Below are positions 8,626 to 18,676 of a DNA stretch of 42,493 bases, one piece after another. The notes under the pieces were generated by a model that ran no database searches, was not told where the DNA came from, and saw only the letters and a program-made list of their open reading frames with translations. The position numbers and the translations under genes are program-made. The stretch lies in sequence record SRR9188677_155. One strand, given 5' to 3'. The number at the start of each line of letters is the position of its first letter. Positions within the stretch are counted from its first letter, which is position 1.

Positions 8626-11298
8626 ATGATAACGTCAACTAAAAGCCTGGGATTAGACATTGGAGGCAGTCATGTCACTGCAAGTGTTATTGATCCAAAT
8701 GAAACAGGGAAACAGCCTTTGCGCCTGTTTAGGAAACACATCAATAGTCGTGATTCGGCTGCTGCCATTATTGAAGCGATTGGGAATTCGATTAAAGAAT
8801 TGCTTCTTGATGAGATTGTAATAGGAGGGGTTGGAATTGCCTTCCCTGGCCCGTTCGATTATAAAAAAGGAGTCAGTGCGATTGCCAATGTCGGAGGGAA
8901 ATTTGAAAATACTTTTGCCCTGCATGTGGAACAGGCGTTAAGAGATATTACAGGTTTAGCCGATACACCCATTCAATTTTCGAATGACGCACACTGCTTT
9001 GCAATAGGAGCCTATTCCCGGCATCGGCTAAGCAGTCAGAGAACGGTTTTCCTTACACTAGGAACAGGTTTTGGCTCCGCATTTATGGAGAATGGCCAGT
9101 TGGTAACCAGTCATCCTGCATTACCCGCCATAGGAGCTTTCTACAATGAATCTTTCCTTGCATCAAACGCAGATGAATACTTTTCAACGCGCTGGTTTCA
9201 AAAGGCATATAAGCAAAATGGCGGTCATGAGGAGGTATCTGTCGAGGAGTTGGCACGAACTGAGTCTGAACCAGCCGCAATTATTTTTAACGAGTTTGGT
9301 GCCAATCTGGGTACTTTTTTACTGCCTTGGCTAAGGAAGTTTGAGTGTGATGAATTAGTAATCGGCGGAAATATTTCCAGAGCAAACGAATTGTTTGTAT
9401 CCTCATTAAAAGAGGAGCTCGGGCTTTTTGGCGAAGGAATGAAACTTGTTTTTTGCGACGATACCGAAGAATGTATACTGACAGGAGCGGCATATCTGGC
9501 GAGTCAGGAAACTGGAACACAACTACTGGATATTGACATCCGAAGCCTTCGGAAAACGACACAAAATCTCCTTCCATTAACGAGTGTTTCGGATACCATT
9601 ATCGGTTACAATATTTTTCCGTCCGTTCAATCGCGATACGAAGTTTACAAGGGTTATAATTCTCTGGCGGAAAAGTTATGTAATGAAAAAATTGTCATTA
9701 TTGACGGATACAGTGGCGTGTTATGGGAAATTTTTCGAGAGTACTTGCATACTGCAATTCGAGTGCAAAGCAAAAGTGTTTTTTGGTACGATATCAATGC
9801 CTGCCTCAAATCGCCACAGGACATTACTGAAATGCTGGCGGACAATCTCAATGGTGACGACCCGGTTTTCGGAAATGCTTACACAGGAAATTTATCTGAT
9901 TTTTTTGATGCGCAAAAACTCAGCATGCTTCAACCGGATTCATCGGTTGATTTGTGTATAATTTACGGAACCGGAGCCGCTTTGAGCAACTGGAAGGGAA
10001 CACTGGTGTATTTGGATGTCCCGAAAAACGAAATCCAGTATCGAATGAGAGCGCGCTCAGTTATGAATATCGGATGTGTTGAGTGCTTTGAGGACGCCCA
10101 AATGTACAAAAGAAGCTATTTTGTAGACTGGCCGGTGCTTAACAAACACAAAGAAAAATTGCTGCCACACATGAATCTCATCGTTGATGAACAGCGCATT
10201 GGCGAAGTCACGTGGATGCATGGGGCCGATTTCAGAAATACCCTGGATGAAACACTGGAAAAGCCTCTGAGAGCAAGGCCATGGTTTGAAGCGGGCATTT
10301 GGGGTGGTAACTGGATGAAAGAAAACATCTCCGGTCTCAATCAGGAAGAAGTGAACTACGCGTGGTCATTTGAGCTTATTACACCCGAAAATGGAATTGT
10401 AATTGAAGGTAACAAGTCTTTAATGGAAGTGTCATTTGACTTTTTGTTATATCAAAACAGCAAAAAATTGCTTGGCAAAGCGGCTGACAGATTTGGTACC
10501 AAATTTCCTATTCGCTTCGATTTCCTGGATACTTTCGATGGAGGCAATTTATCCATTCAATGTCATCCGCGGGAAAAGTATATCAGGGAAAAATTCGGTG
10601 AGGATTTTACTCAGGATGAAACGTATTACATCCTCGACTGCAAGCCGGATGCCAGTGTCTATCTGGGTTTTCAGGAAGGTATCGACCCCGATGAGTTTAA
10701 ATCGGCTTTGCTTCTGGCACAAAATGAAGCTGTGGAGTTGCCGATAGAAAACTATGTGCAGAAACTGCATGCGCATAAGCATGACTTATTTCTCATTCCA
10801 AACGGAACTGTCCACGCATCGGGTAAAAACAATATGATCCTCGAGATCAGTAGTACGCCCTACATATTTACCTTTAAAATGTATGATTGGCTGCGTCTTG
10901 ATCTTAACCGGCAACCCCGTCCTATCAATATAGAGCATGCCTTTAACAATCTTTATTTTGATCGGGCGGGCGATTATGTTAAAAAACATCTTTTATCTGC
11001 CCCACAGACGCTAGCAGAATGGGATAATGGTCGAAGGGTAAAACTTCCTACGCACGACGAACATTTTTATGCAGTGGAACGGTACGAGTTTCAGGGAACC
11101 GTTACCATTCATACCAACGATCAATGTCACATTTGTATGTTGGTACAAGGCAAGAAGGTAAGTGTGGTTGTTAATAGAGAAGAACAAACATTTCATTATG
11201 CCGAAACCTTCATTATTCCCGCGGCCGTGCAAACCTACGCACTAAGTTATAAAGGAAATGACCTCGCCTTTGTCGTCGTCGCCTATGTAAAAAATTAA
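8626..11298 (+). CDS. ROK-family sugar kinase fused to a class I mannose-6-phosphate-isomerase-like cupin protein
   Basis: ROK motifs GLDIGGS, GIAFPGPFDY, NDAHCFA, TLGTGFGSAF, IGGNIS. PMI-type motifs LSIQCHP, QDETYYILD, GTVHASG, LEISS. Confidence 0.85.
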   Translation: MITSTKSLGLDIGGSHVTASVIDPNETGKQPLRLFRKHINSRDSAAAIIEAIGNSIKELLLDEIVIGGVGIAFPGPFDYKKGVSAIANVGGKFENTFALHVEQALRDITGLADTPIQFSNDAHCFAIGAYSRHRLSSQRTVFLTLGTGFGSAFMENGQLVTSHPALPAIGAFYNESFLASNADEYFSTRWFQKAYKQNGGHEEVSVEELARTESEPAAIIFNEFGANLGTFLLPWLRKFECDELVIGGNISRANELFVSSLKEELGLFGEGMKLVFCDDTEECILTGAAYLASQETGTQLLDIDIRSLRKTTQNLLPLTSVSDTIIGYNIFPSVQSRYEVYKGYNSLAEKLCNEKIVIIDGYSGVLWEIFREYLHTAIRVQSKSVFWYDINACLKSPQDITEMLADNLNGDDPVFGNAYTGNLSDFFDAQKLSMLQPDSSVDLCIIYGTGAALSNWKGTLVYLDVPKNEIQYRMRARSVMNIGCVECFEDAQMYKRSYFVDWPVLNKHKEKLLPHMNLIVDEQRIGEVTWMHGADFRNTLDETLEKPLRARPWFEAGIWGGNWMKENISGLNQEEVNYAWSFELITPENGIVIEGNKSLMEVSFDFLLYQNSKKLLGKAADRFGTKFPIRFDFLDTFDGGNLSIQCHPREKYIREKFGEDFTQDETYYILDCKPDASVYLGFQEGIDPDEFKSALLLAQNEAVELPIENYVQKLHAHKHDLFLIPNGTVHASGKNNMILEISSTPYIFTFKMYDWLRLDLNRQPRPINIEHAFNNLYFDRAGDYVKKHLLSAPQTLAEWDNGRRVKLPTHDEHFYAVERYEFQGTVTIHTNDQCHICMLVQGKKVSVVVNREEQTFHYAETFIIPAAVQTYALSYKGNDLAFVVVAYVKN

Positions 11299-11355
11299 TG
11301 TACTAATAAGCTGATGATAGGTTGACTTTTGAATTGAAGTGTAAAAATTAAATCC

Positions 11356-12774
11356 GTGCAAACAAAACAGGTTAAACATTTTGTCTCTCTCATTACGCTT
11401 ATTGCAGCACTAGGAGGCTTTTTATTTGGATTTGATATGGCCGTGGTGAGTGGAATCATCGGGCCGGTCAAATTACAATACGGATTGTCGGCTTCTGAAG
11501 AGGGATTGTTCGTTTCGTTTGCATTACTGGGCTGTATTGCGGGAGTTGCTTTTTCGGGCTTTTTAAGTGATAAAATTGGCAGGAAAAAGGTGCTATTCAT
11601 TGCCGCTGCACTTTTCTTAATCAGTGCAATAGGGTTCTCATTCGCAGGGACTTATGGGGCACTTATTTTTTTTCGGATACTTGCAGGCGTTGCTGTTGGG
11701 GTCGCTTCCAATATATCACCACTGTACATTTCCGAAATGGCGCCAGCTAAGAAACGAGGCGGATTGGTTACTTTTTACCAGTTGGCTATTACCGTCGGCA
11801 TACTGGCAGCTTACATCAGTAATTTGTTTTTACAACGCTATGCGGTGGCTCATACCGGAGAACCGGGCGGATTAATGAACTGGTTATTCATCGAACAGGT
11901 ATGGCGCGGAATGTTCCTTGTTGGCGTAATTCCGGCAGCTTTATTTTGCTTTTTATTGATGATCGTGCCAGAAAGTCCCCGTTGGCTGGCGAAGTATGGA
12001 AGGAATACGGAGGCGTTGGACATTCTGATTAAAATAAATGGCGAAGAGGAAGCACACAACGAGTTGGAAGCCATCAAGGAGATTGCAGCTCAAAAATCGG
12101 GTGGTCTTAAAGAATTGATGCAATTCCCTTTACGCAAATTGCTTTTCATGACGATGATCCTGACCGCACTGTCGCAGTTCAGCGGTATCAACGGGGTGAT
12201 ATTTTATGGTCCGACTATTTTAAAATCAGCTGGTATTGTAACCAGCGATGCATTGCTTTACCAGGTTATGCTTGGTTTGGCAAGCATGCTTTTCACCTTT
12301 ATTGCTATCTGGAAGGTCGATACCTGGGGCCGCCGGTCGTTGTACGTCATCGGGTCATTTTGGTCTGCCGTTTCATTATCCTTAACCGGCGTTTGTTTTT
12401 TGTTTAATATCAATGGATGGGGAATGCTGCTTTGCATTATGCTATTTCTGCTATTTTTCGCTTTTTCCCTCGGGCCTCTGAAATTTGTAATTGCCACAGA
12501 AATCTTCCCTATGCACATCAGAGGAACCGCATTATCCATTTGTATCATGACCATGTGGGTTTCTGACTGGATCGTGAATCTGTTGTTTCCAATCATGAGA
12601 GATGGTCTGGGAATAGCCAATACGTTTTTCATCTTTTCCTTCTTCTGCATTTGCTCATTTGTATATGCGAAAATGAATTTGTTTGAAACAAAAGGGAAAA
12701 GTCTGGAGGAAATTGAGCAGTTGTTGAGTTTGGATAATCAAGATCATACCAGTAAAATAAAACGGCCTTATTAG
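11356..12774 (+). CDS. Sugar porter (SP) family MFS transporter
   Basis: GGFLFGFD, DKIGRK, PLYISEMAP..RG, PESPRWL, ETKGKSLEEI. Confidence 0.95.
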   Translation: MQTKQVKHFVSLITLIAALGGFLFGFDMAVVSGIIGPVKLQYGLSASEEGLFVSFALLGCIAGVAFSGFLSDKIGRKKVLFIAAALFLISAIGFSFAGTYGALIFFRILAGVAVGVASNISPLYISEMAPAKKRGGLVTFYQLAITVGILAAYISNLFLQRYAVAHTGEPGGLMNWLFIEQVWRGMFLVGVIPAALFCFLLMIVPESPRWLAKYGRNTEALDILIKINGEEEAHNELEAIKEIAAQKSGGLKELMQFPLRKLLFMTMILTALSQFSGINGVIFYGPTILKSAGIVTSDALLYQVMLGLASMLFTFIAIWKVDTWGRRSLYVIGSFWSAVSLSLTGVCFLFNINGWGMLLCIMLFLLFFAFSLGPLKFVIATEIFPMHIRGTALSICIMTMWVSDWIVNLLFPIMRDGLGIANTFFIFSFFCICSFVYAKMNLFETKGKSLEEIEQLLSLDNQDHTSKIKRPY

Positions 12775-12845
12775 ATAGCGATGGCTTTGTTCTCAAATCT
12801 GGTTTGTAATAATTGCGCCTTAGAAACGCTATGCCATTTCCATCA

Positions 12846-12862
12846 CGATTGCAAATCGGGGC
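12846..12862. repeat. REP-like palindrome, family A
   Basis: CGATT-GCA-AATCGGGGC between convergent genes; identical to the core of the copy at 32889-32916. Confidence 0.7.
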
Positions 12863-12871
12863 AAACCCAAC

Positions 12872-13876
12872 TTAATTAGGTGGTGGTATAGTCAGCTTTT
12901 GATGTTTGACCGGATCAAATTTCTCATAGCGGTACTTTATCATGTCAGTCCGGTCATTATAGCCACGACTAAAAAACCACTCCTTGTGCCAGTTTATCGA
13001 TTGCCTGTCAGAAGGCGAAAGACTGGTCGAATCGATGGCTTGTTTGTTACTCATATTAGTAGTATACCGTTGTATCTCCTCCACTAATCGATTTTCGGAA
13101 TTGTAACGATACCATGTCGTGTCGGGACCAGCTTCCCTAAAAAATTGCCCAAGATACATGCTGTCGAACCAAACCATTTTTAGTTTACCGCTATCGTCAT
13201 AAACAAAGTTTTGAGAGAAGTGATACATGGTATCAGGTCTGGATTTAGCCGATCCGTTATAGACATAAAGTCGATAATAATGTTTAATGCGCTGTTTGCC
13301 ATCCCGTTCCCATCGACTTATATTTATTGACTGTGAAGAATCTGGCGGAAAACTGGATTCCTTTTTTTTTACAATCGTATCACCATTAGTGGCGTAATCC
13401 AGAAAGCGTTTGGTAGAATCTTGTGGACGATAAAGTTTGAAATCTGAAAGATTTGAATAGATATGTGATTCCATCACTAATCGGCCGTTTGCATCAAACT
13501 CCCGACATGAACTATCAGCAGTTACAAATCCGGATTCCGAACTATCACTGTGTCCATAGCGTACAGTTTTTGTCAGAAGGTTCCCTTTATAATAGTTCAA
13601 CACTTTTGAGCTCGATCTCCCAAAACTAAATACTTCCAGAACCCGATCCTGATGGTCATAAAAGACCGTTTCGATATGCTGCCCGTTTCTCCATTTTGTG
13701 CGCAGATAGGCAATTTGATCGACCGGAGATTGTAAGCGTGGAATACCATTATCCAAAGAGTAATCTGTTCTTTCTCCACATCCAGATAGCGCGACAAATA
13801 TACATAACGATAAAAGCGAGCATATAAAAGACCTTTTCCAGGTGAGAAGCTTTTCTGCTTTGTAATAGTGATGCAT
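12872..13876 (-). CDS. Hypothetical lipoprotein with YD/RHS-like beta-hairpin motifs
   Basis: Hydrophobic leader plus LSGC; recurring FYDHQDR, FDANGRL, YDDSGKL, YNSENRL. ATG at 13876 is preferred over TTG at 13981. Confidence 0.6.
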   Translation of the reverse strand: MHHYYKAEKLLTWKRSFICSLLSLCIFVALSGCGERTDYSLDNGIPRLQSPVDQIAYLRTKWRNGQHIETVFYDHQDRVLEVFSFGRSSSKVLNYYKGNLLTKTVRYGHSDSSESGFVTADSSCREFDANGRLVMESHIYSNLSDFKLYRPQDSTKRFLDYATNGDTIVKKKESSFPPDSSQSINISRWERDGKQRIKHYYRLYVYNGSAKSRPDTMYHFSQNFVYDDSGKLKMVWFDSMYLGQFFREAGPDTTWYRYNSENRLVEEIQRYTTNMSNKQAIDSTSLSPSDRQSINWHKEWFFSRGYNDRTDMIKYRYEKFDPVKHQKLTIPPPN

Positions 13877-14028
13877 TTTTTTTGGTTGTTGATGAATGGT
13901 GGGACCTTGCCTATTAATGAAATGTTGGATTTCGGAAATTGGCCTGGATTTCTGTCGACAAATGTAAATGAGCTGAATCAAATGACAATTATATTTTTGA
14001 ATCCTGGTGATTCAACTTATGCCGCCCT

Positions 14029-15219
14029 CTAAATATATTTAAGCCAGCGCTTTTCCGGATGAGCCGATTTGTACCCGGAATACCAACGACAAGCGAAATA
14101 AAGCAAAGTCACATCCACAAGAAAAACCAGGTATAGAAGTGTCAATCCCCAGCGGTTGTATTCCTCTGGCATGTAGGTGTAGGGCGCTGTAGCGTACCAC
14201 TCGTGGTGAATCTCGCCGTATCGGAGCACATTTACGACAAAGGCCGACAGGTGAATAATGAGAATGTGCAGTAGGTAAAAAAACATGGGAACCTTGCCAA
14301 ACGTACGAAACACATTCGCGGATAATCCCTGCACTTTTTCTGCAAACGGTACAAGTGCAATGATTGGCCCTAATGTCATCAGCAGATATAGTTGAGAGGC
14401 AGGATATTTTCTTTGATTCAGGAGTTGTAAAATAAACGGCAGTGGGTTTTCTGAAGCGGGCTGTTGTAAGATGAAAATACTTCCAGCGACTAGAAAAACA
14501 ACCGTTGCCGACAAACCCAGCCAAATGCATATTCGACGGCGCTTAGCTGGATAGATAAGTAATATTAATCCAAATCCATAGCCTGCCATCATCACGCCTA
14601 TCCAGGGAACGAGCACATAAAGAATCGTAATTCCAGGCCAGGTTTCGAATCCGGAAGTGTAGATAAATTCCCAAAACCTTCCAAACTGCGGTCGAGAAGA
14701 TTCAGGCAAGAGCGTAGGCACTAGCGAAAATACATTCTGAAAAGCCGCGATTAGTATTCCGATTATTCCTATTGTCACCGCACGGAGACCAACAAACGCA
14801 GCCAACACAACCATGCACCACCCAAGCATCCAGATAACCCCAGCCAAGAAAAACTCACTAAAATTCCGATTGAAAGTCCAGAAAAAACGGATAACGGTTA
14901 TCTCAAGCAAAACAAGTAAAAGGCCTCGGGTGACGAGATATATGGCCAGTTTTCTGTTGTCACGGATTTTGTTCCCGTACAAAAAAGCACTGGTACCTGC
15001 CAGGAATACGAATCCCGGCGCGCAAAAATGGGTAATCCATCTTGTAAAGAAAATACCAACATCAGGTCCACCGGGCGATATCCCTGAATATACCCTTACA
15101 TGATCAATAACCATCAAAATCATAATTAGTCCTCTAAGAAAATCAACGGATTCGATTCTGGCAGAACGCGAATCAAAGCCGATTTCTTTATTTGCGGGCG
15201 CATTGAGAGAGATTGCCAT
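14029..15219 (-). CDS. DUF1624 / heparan-alpha-glucosaminide N-acetyltransferase-like membrane protein
   Basis: RIESVDFLRGLIMILMVIDH, RWITHFCAPGFVFLAG, KYPAS, FFYLLH; many transmembrane segments. Confidence 0.85.
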   Translation of the reverse strand: MAISLNAPANKEIGFDSRSARIESVDFLRGLIMILMVIDHVRVYSGISPGGPDVGIFFTRWITHFCAPGFVFLAGTSAFLYGNKIRDNRKLAIYLVTRGLLLVLLEITVIRFFWTFNRNFSEFFLAGVIWMLGWCMVVLAAFVGLRAVTIGIIGILIAAFQNVFSLVPTLLPESSRPQFGRFWEFIYTSGFETWPGITILYVLVPWIGVMMAGYGFGLILLIYPAKRRRICIWLGLSATVVFLVAGSIFILQQPASENPLPFILQLLNQRKYPASQLYLLMTLGPIIALVPFAEKVQGLSANVFRTFGKVPMFFYLLHILIIHLSAFVVNVLRYGEIHHEWYATAPYTYMPEEYNRWGLTLLYLVFLVDVTLLYFACRWYSGYKSAHPEKRWLKYI

Positions 15220-15538
15220 AAGTGAATAAAGTTATGACGGAGGAATAGAAAAAGAGAATTGATATGCCGGGGTTAATTTATAATGCTAAGATAGCTAAGC
15301 GTAAATGAAATTCGATGGGCTTGATGGGATTTAAAGTTGATCTAATTAGCGAAATTGTCTGGATAACGTGTTTCTGCTATGGGCATCAAACGAGTGAGCA
15401 ATTTCATTTTATGACGTAAATTTGACGGGTAATGCATTATTCCTGGCAGCGTGCAGTTGAAATTTATTATACGGTAGAAAGTCAGGTTATGTAAAAGGTA
15501 ACTTTACTTTATTAAATGAACGTAAAAGATTCGAAATT

Positions 15539-16225
15539 GTGAGTGAATTTAGCTGTTCAATCGGTCCAATAATTGCATCAAAACCATTCATTCAATATCT
15601 TAAACCAAGACGTGGATCTTTTGAGACTTTTAGGAATGGTAACGACATTGAAGCCATTTGGGATGACATCAAATTGTTCCTGGAAACCTGCACGACAGCA
15701 ACAAGTCTTAATAATCCGAAATACCTGGAATTGAGTGTTTACGAAGACACATACAGAGCCAGTGAAAATTCAGAAGTATCGAAAAATATATTCAAAGATG
15801 CCAGGAATACTTTTGGTGACTATGAAACCGATCCAATAAACGAGGGTTATCCGGAGAATAAATATTGGGATATTGATCCAGGAGATTTGCAGAAGGCAAT
15901 TGACTTTATGGTAAAAGGACAACCATGGCCGGTGTATTATTTTGGTCCAATTCGACTTTTTATATCCCTCTATTTTAAATTTGTTGATCCGAAAACTAAA
16001 AAAGAATTAGAAGGACAACAATTTGATTCCTATTTGCTTGTATTCCTTTCGGGGAAGAGTAATTGTAGTGCGAATCTGTCATTTCCTTTTTCTGAACCCG
16101 ACAAAAATTTTGAAGAATACCTTTCTCAAATCGAAAAATACCTGCCATTTGATTTAAACCCGGATTACCTTCGATTACTTAAATCAAATAAAAAAGGAAC
16201 CGCTAATTATTCGAGAAAACTATAA
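15539..16225 (+). CDS. Hypothetical protein
   Basis: AT-rich 228-aa ORF with a GTG start, filling the gap between neighbours; no motif recognised. Confidence 0.7.
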   Translation: MSEFSCSIGPIIASKPFIQYLKPRRGSFETFRNGNDIEAIWDDIKLFLETCTTATSLNNPKYLELSVYEDTYRASENSEVSKNIFKDARNTFGDYETDPINEGYPENKYWDIDPGDLQKAIDFMVKGQPWPVYYFGPIRLFISLYFKFVDPKTKKELEGQQFDSYLLVFLSGKSNCSANLSFPFSEPDKNFEEYLSQIEKYLPFDLNPDYLRLLKSNKKGTANYSRKL

Positions 16226-16247
16226 TTTTAATGGTTGTTTATTAATT

Positions 16248-17060
16248 TCATCGCTTAATCTGCCGATACATCCCACAAGCCTGCATAAAGCCAAATTGCT
16301 TGTAGAACGGCGCCAAGTGATCGCCGGTGAAAAGTCCTACTGTTGCGTTATCCGGAGCATTTGCTTCCAGCCAGCCGGTTAGTTCCCGCATCATCGCCGT
16401 GCCAATTCCTTTTCCCTGGTAATCGGGATGAACGATGACATCTTTCACGTAATAAAAACCGACATTGTCTCCCAGCAGAAATGCACAGCCAACTAAGGCT
16501 CCCGTTGAGGAGTCTACGGCCGACAAAGTTAAAACGCAGGAAGTCAATTGCAATTCCAGCATTTTATCACTCAATGTTGTTTCCCAGTTCACAGAAGTCA
16601 CCAGACTTCGAAATTCCCGGAGGGCAGGAGATTTTGCGACGATTCTGATGTAGTCGGGCAAATGAGTATTACCTGGTATCCGGTCCGAAGTTTTAGCGCC
16701 AAAGCGAATGTAATAACCGTTTAAATCCTTCACAATATATTCGGTCATTCCCCAGGGCTGGCTTTCCAGCGGCGATACAATATTTGCTTTTTTCTCCTGA
16801 TGAAATGAATAAAGTGCGTCGACGTTTTTTACATTAATTGCGATGGAATGTCCAGTTGAAACGGCCGCTAATCCAGGATTTTCTGTGAATTGCACGGACA
16901 CATCGTGCCAGTGAACACCGCCGTGATTTGGAGGATTTCCCCAGGTCCATTTATGCGGGAAGCCAAGTACTTCATGCCAGTACAATACGGTTTCCGTTAC
17001 ATCGCGCACGGCAAGCGTCGGCTCTACGCTCGAAAGGTATGGTTGTAAATTTTCATCCAT
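16248..17060 (-). CDS. VOC/glyoxalase-bleomycin-resistance domain fused to a GNAT acetyltransferase
   Basis: N-half: LAVRDV...LGF...QPWGMTEYIVKDLNGYYIRFG. C-half: VIVHPDYQGKGIG acetyl-CoA motif and FYKQFGF. Confidence 0.85.
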   Translation of the reverse strand: MDENLQPYLSSVEPTLAVRDVTETVLYWHEVLGFPHKWTWGNPPNHGGVHWHDVSVQFTENPGLAAVSTGHSIAINVKNVDALYSFHQEKKANIVSPLESQPWGMTEYIVKDLNGYYIRFGAKTSDRIPGNTHLPDYIRIVAKSPALREFRSLVTSVNWETTLSDKMLELQLTSCVLTLSAVDSSTGALVGCAFLLGDNVGFYYVKDVIVHPDYQGKGIGTAMMRELTGWLEANAPDNATVGLFTGDHLAPFYKQFGFMQACGMYRQIKR

Positions 17061-17078
17061 TGGAGATGTGTTTCAGTA

Positions 17079-17948
17079 CTAAGTTTCTGACATAAGACTA
17101 TTCAAGAAGTCAGCAACCTCTTTTTTCTCAGCATAGATAGCCCAATCAAGCGGGGTACTATTCCATATTTTATCCTTTATATCAATCCGTGCGCCGCGTT
17201 CCGTCAATAATTTCACCAACTCCAGATGTCCTTCGATTGCCGCCTGATGTAGTGGTGTGGAATGCGAATGGTTTCCTTCCGGGTTGTAACGGTTTGGATC
17301 TTCACCAAGATCAAGCAGTAAGCGGACCACTTCCGTATGCCCCATTTGCGCAGCCAACACCAACGCCCTTTGTCGGCTTTCAGAATCTGCATTCGTATAC
17401 AAATTTCTTGTTTCGTCGGACAGTCCCAATCCGGCAGCGGACGCTACATTATCTACTTTTGCGCCTCTTTCAACCAGTGTTTTGGCAACCGGTAAATAAC
17501 CGAAAGCCAGCGAACTCATCAAGGGCGAAACCCAGTTACCCGAGCCATATCCTTCCAGCGCTGCCCCGTAATCCAGCAAGGTATTCACCAGTTCTACCTG
17601 AACACCGGCATTTGCAGGGTGACAACTCGAAACCAACATGCTCATCGTCGTATGTTGCCCACCGTACATATTCGCCAGCGCATCCACTTCCGACCCGGCA
17701 TCGAGAAGTGTCCTGGTTATTTCAACTGCATTTTTCGGCGTTTTTTGATTTTCGTCTTCCACTCCGTTAGCACCAATATAGTGGAGAAGTGTTGCATGAT
17801 GTTCCCTTTTCGATCGGGCTTTTATGAGCGTTGGATTTTTTGCAAGAAGCGTTTGAAGCAAAGGCAAATCTCCGTTTACGATCGTCTGAACGGCGGATTC
17901 GAAGTCTGAATCGATTGTGCTTTCGGTCGGTTTTCGGTCATCCTTCAT
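17079..17948 (-). CDS. Ankyrin-repeat protein
   Basis: TPLHQAAIEGHLELVKLLTERGA, ALVLAAQMGHTEVVRLLLDLG, TPLDWA. Confidence 0.9.
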   Translation of the reverse strand: MKDDRKPTESTIDSDFESAVQTIVNGDLPLLQTLLAKNPTLIKARSKREHHATLLHYIGANGVEDENQKTPKNAVEITRTLLDAGSEVDALANMYGGQHTTMSMLVSSCHPANAGVQVELVNTLLDYGAALEGYGSGNWVSPLMSSLAFGYLPVAKTLVERGAKVDNVASAAGLGLSDETRNLYTNADSESRQRALVLAAQMGHTEVVRLLLDLGEDPNRYNPEGNHSHSTPLHQAAIEGHLELVKLLTERGARIDIKDKIWNSTPLDWAIYAEKKEVADFLNSLMSET

Positions 17949-18192
17949 AGATATCCTTCAATTTCTTAGGGAAATTTGTTTTTTATTTTGAACATAAAAA
18001 ACAGACAAAATAATCCCTCTAATCGCTAATCCGATTTGTAAGCGGGGCGAGCCTGGCAACTTCTTGGCTGACGTCTACTTGTAACTTTTTACCGATTAAT
18101 AAGTTTCTCCTGAATTCAGGTGACAGACTTAAATAATTGAATAATAATGTGTTATATTTCTTCTATTAATATTCTTTCGTGCAAACATTATT

Positions 18193-18651
18193 ATGAAAAA
18201 GAAATTCCTACCTGCATTGGCTGTTATGGTCTCATTCGTCTTAATGGTTCATCTCACATTTGCTCAACAGAATAAAGAGGCAGAAATAAGGAATCTTGAA
18301 AACAGTGAACGGGAAGCAGTCGTGAAGAGTGATTCTGCTGTATTGTATAATAAGCTTTGGTCACCCGACATGGTCATCCATGGGCCAGCCAATAGGATAG
18401 GAACCGTAGAGGGTACAAAAATGCTATTACGAGCAGGCAAATTAAACTATTTATCATTTGAACGGGCGATTGAAAAGGTAACCTTCAATGACAATTTGGC
18501 AATAGTTATGGGTGAGGAGAAAATCAAACCTCAGGGGCAGCAGGAAAATGCCGGAAAATTAGTTACCAGACGATTTACCAATGTTTGGAAATATCAGAAT
18601 AACAGCTGGAGTATTATTGTCCGGCAGGCTACTATCATACGAGTGGAATAG
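18193..18651 (+). CDS. Secreted NTF2-like / DUF4440 protein
   Basis: Signal peptide ending TFA-Q; AIVMG...RRFTNVWKYQNNSWSII. Confidence 0.8.
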   Translation: MKKKFLPALAVMVSFVLMVHLTFAQQNKEAEIRNLENSEREAVVKSDSAVLYNKLWSPDMVIHGPANRIGTVEGTKMLLRAGKLNYLSFERAIEKVTFNDNLAIVMGEEKIKPQGQQENAGKLVTRRFTNVWKYQNNSWSIIVRQATIIRVE

Positions 18652-18676
18652 ATCGCGCAGGGCGAGCTCGGCGAAA

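Noticed and set aside
14039-14530. Alternative-frame and antisense ORFs (also 17189-17770, 6974-7492, 41102-41551 and others)
   Set aside because: They are shadows of well-supported genes and have no motifs of their own.
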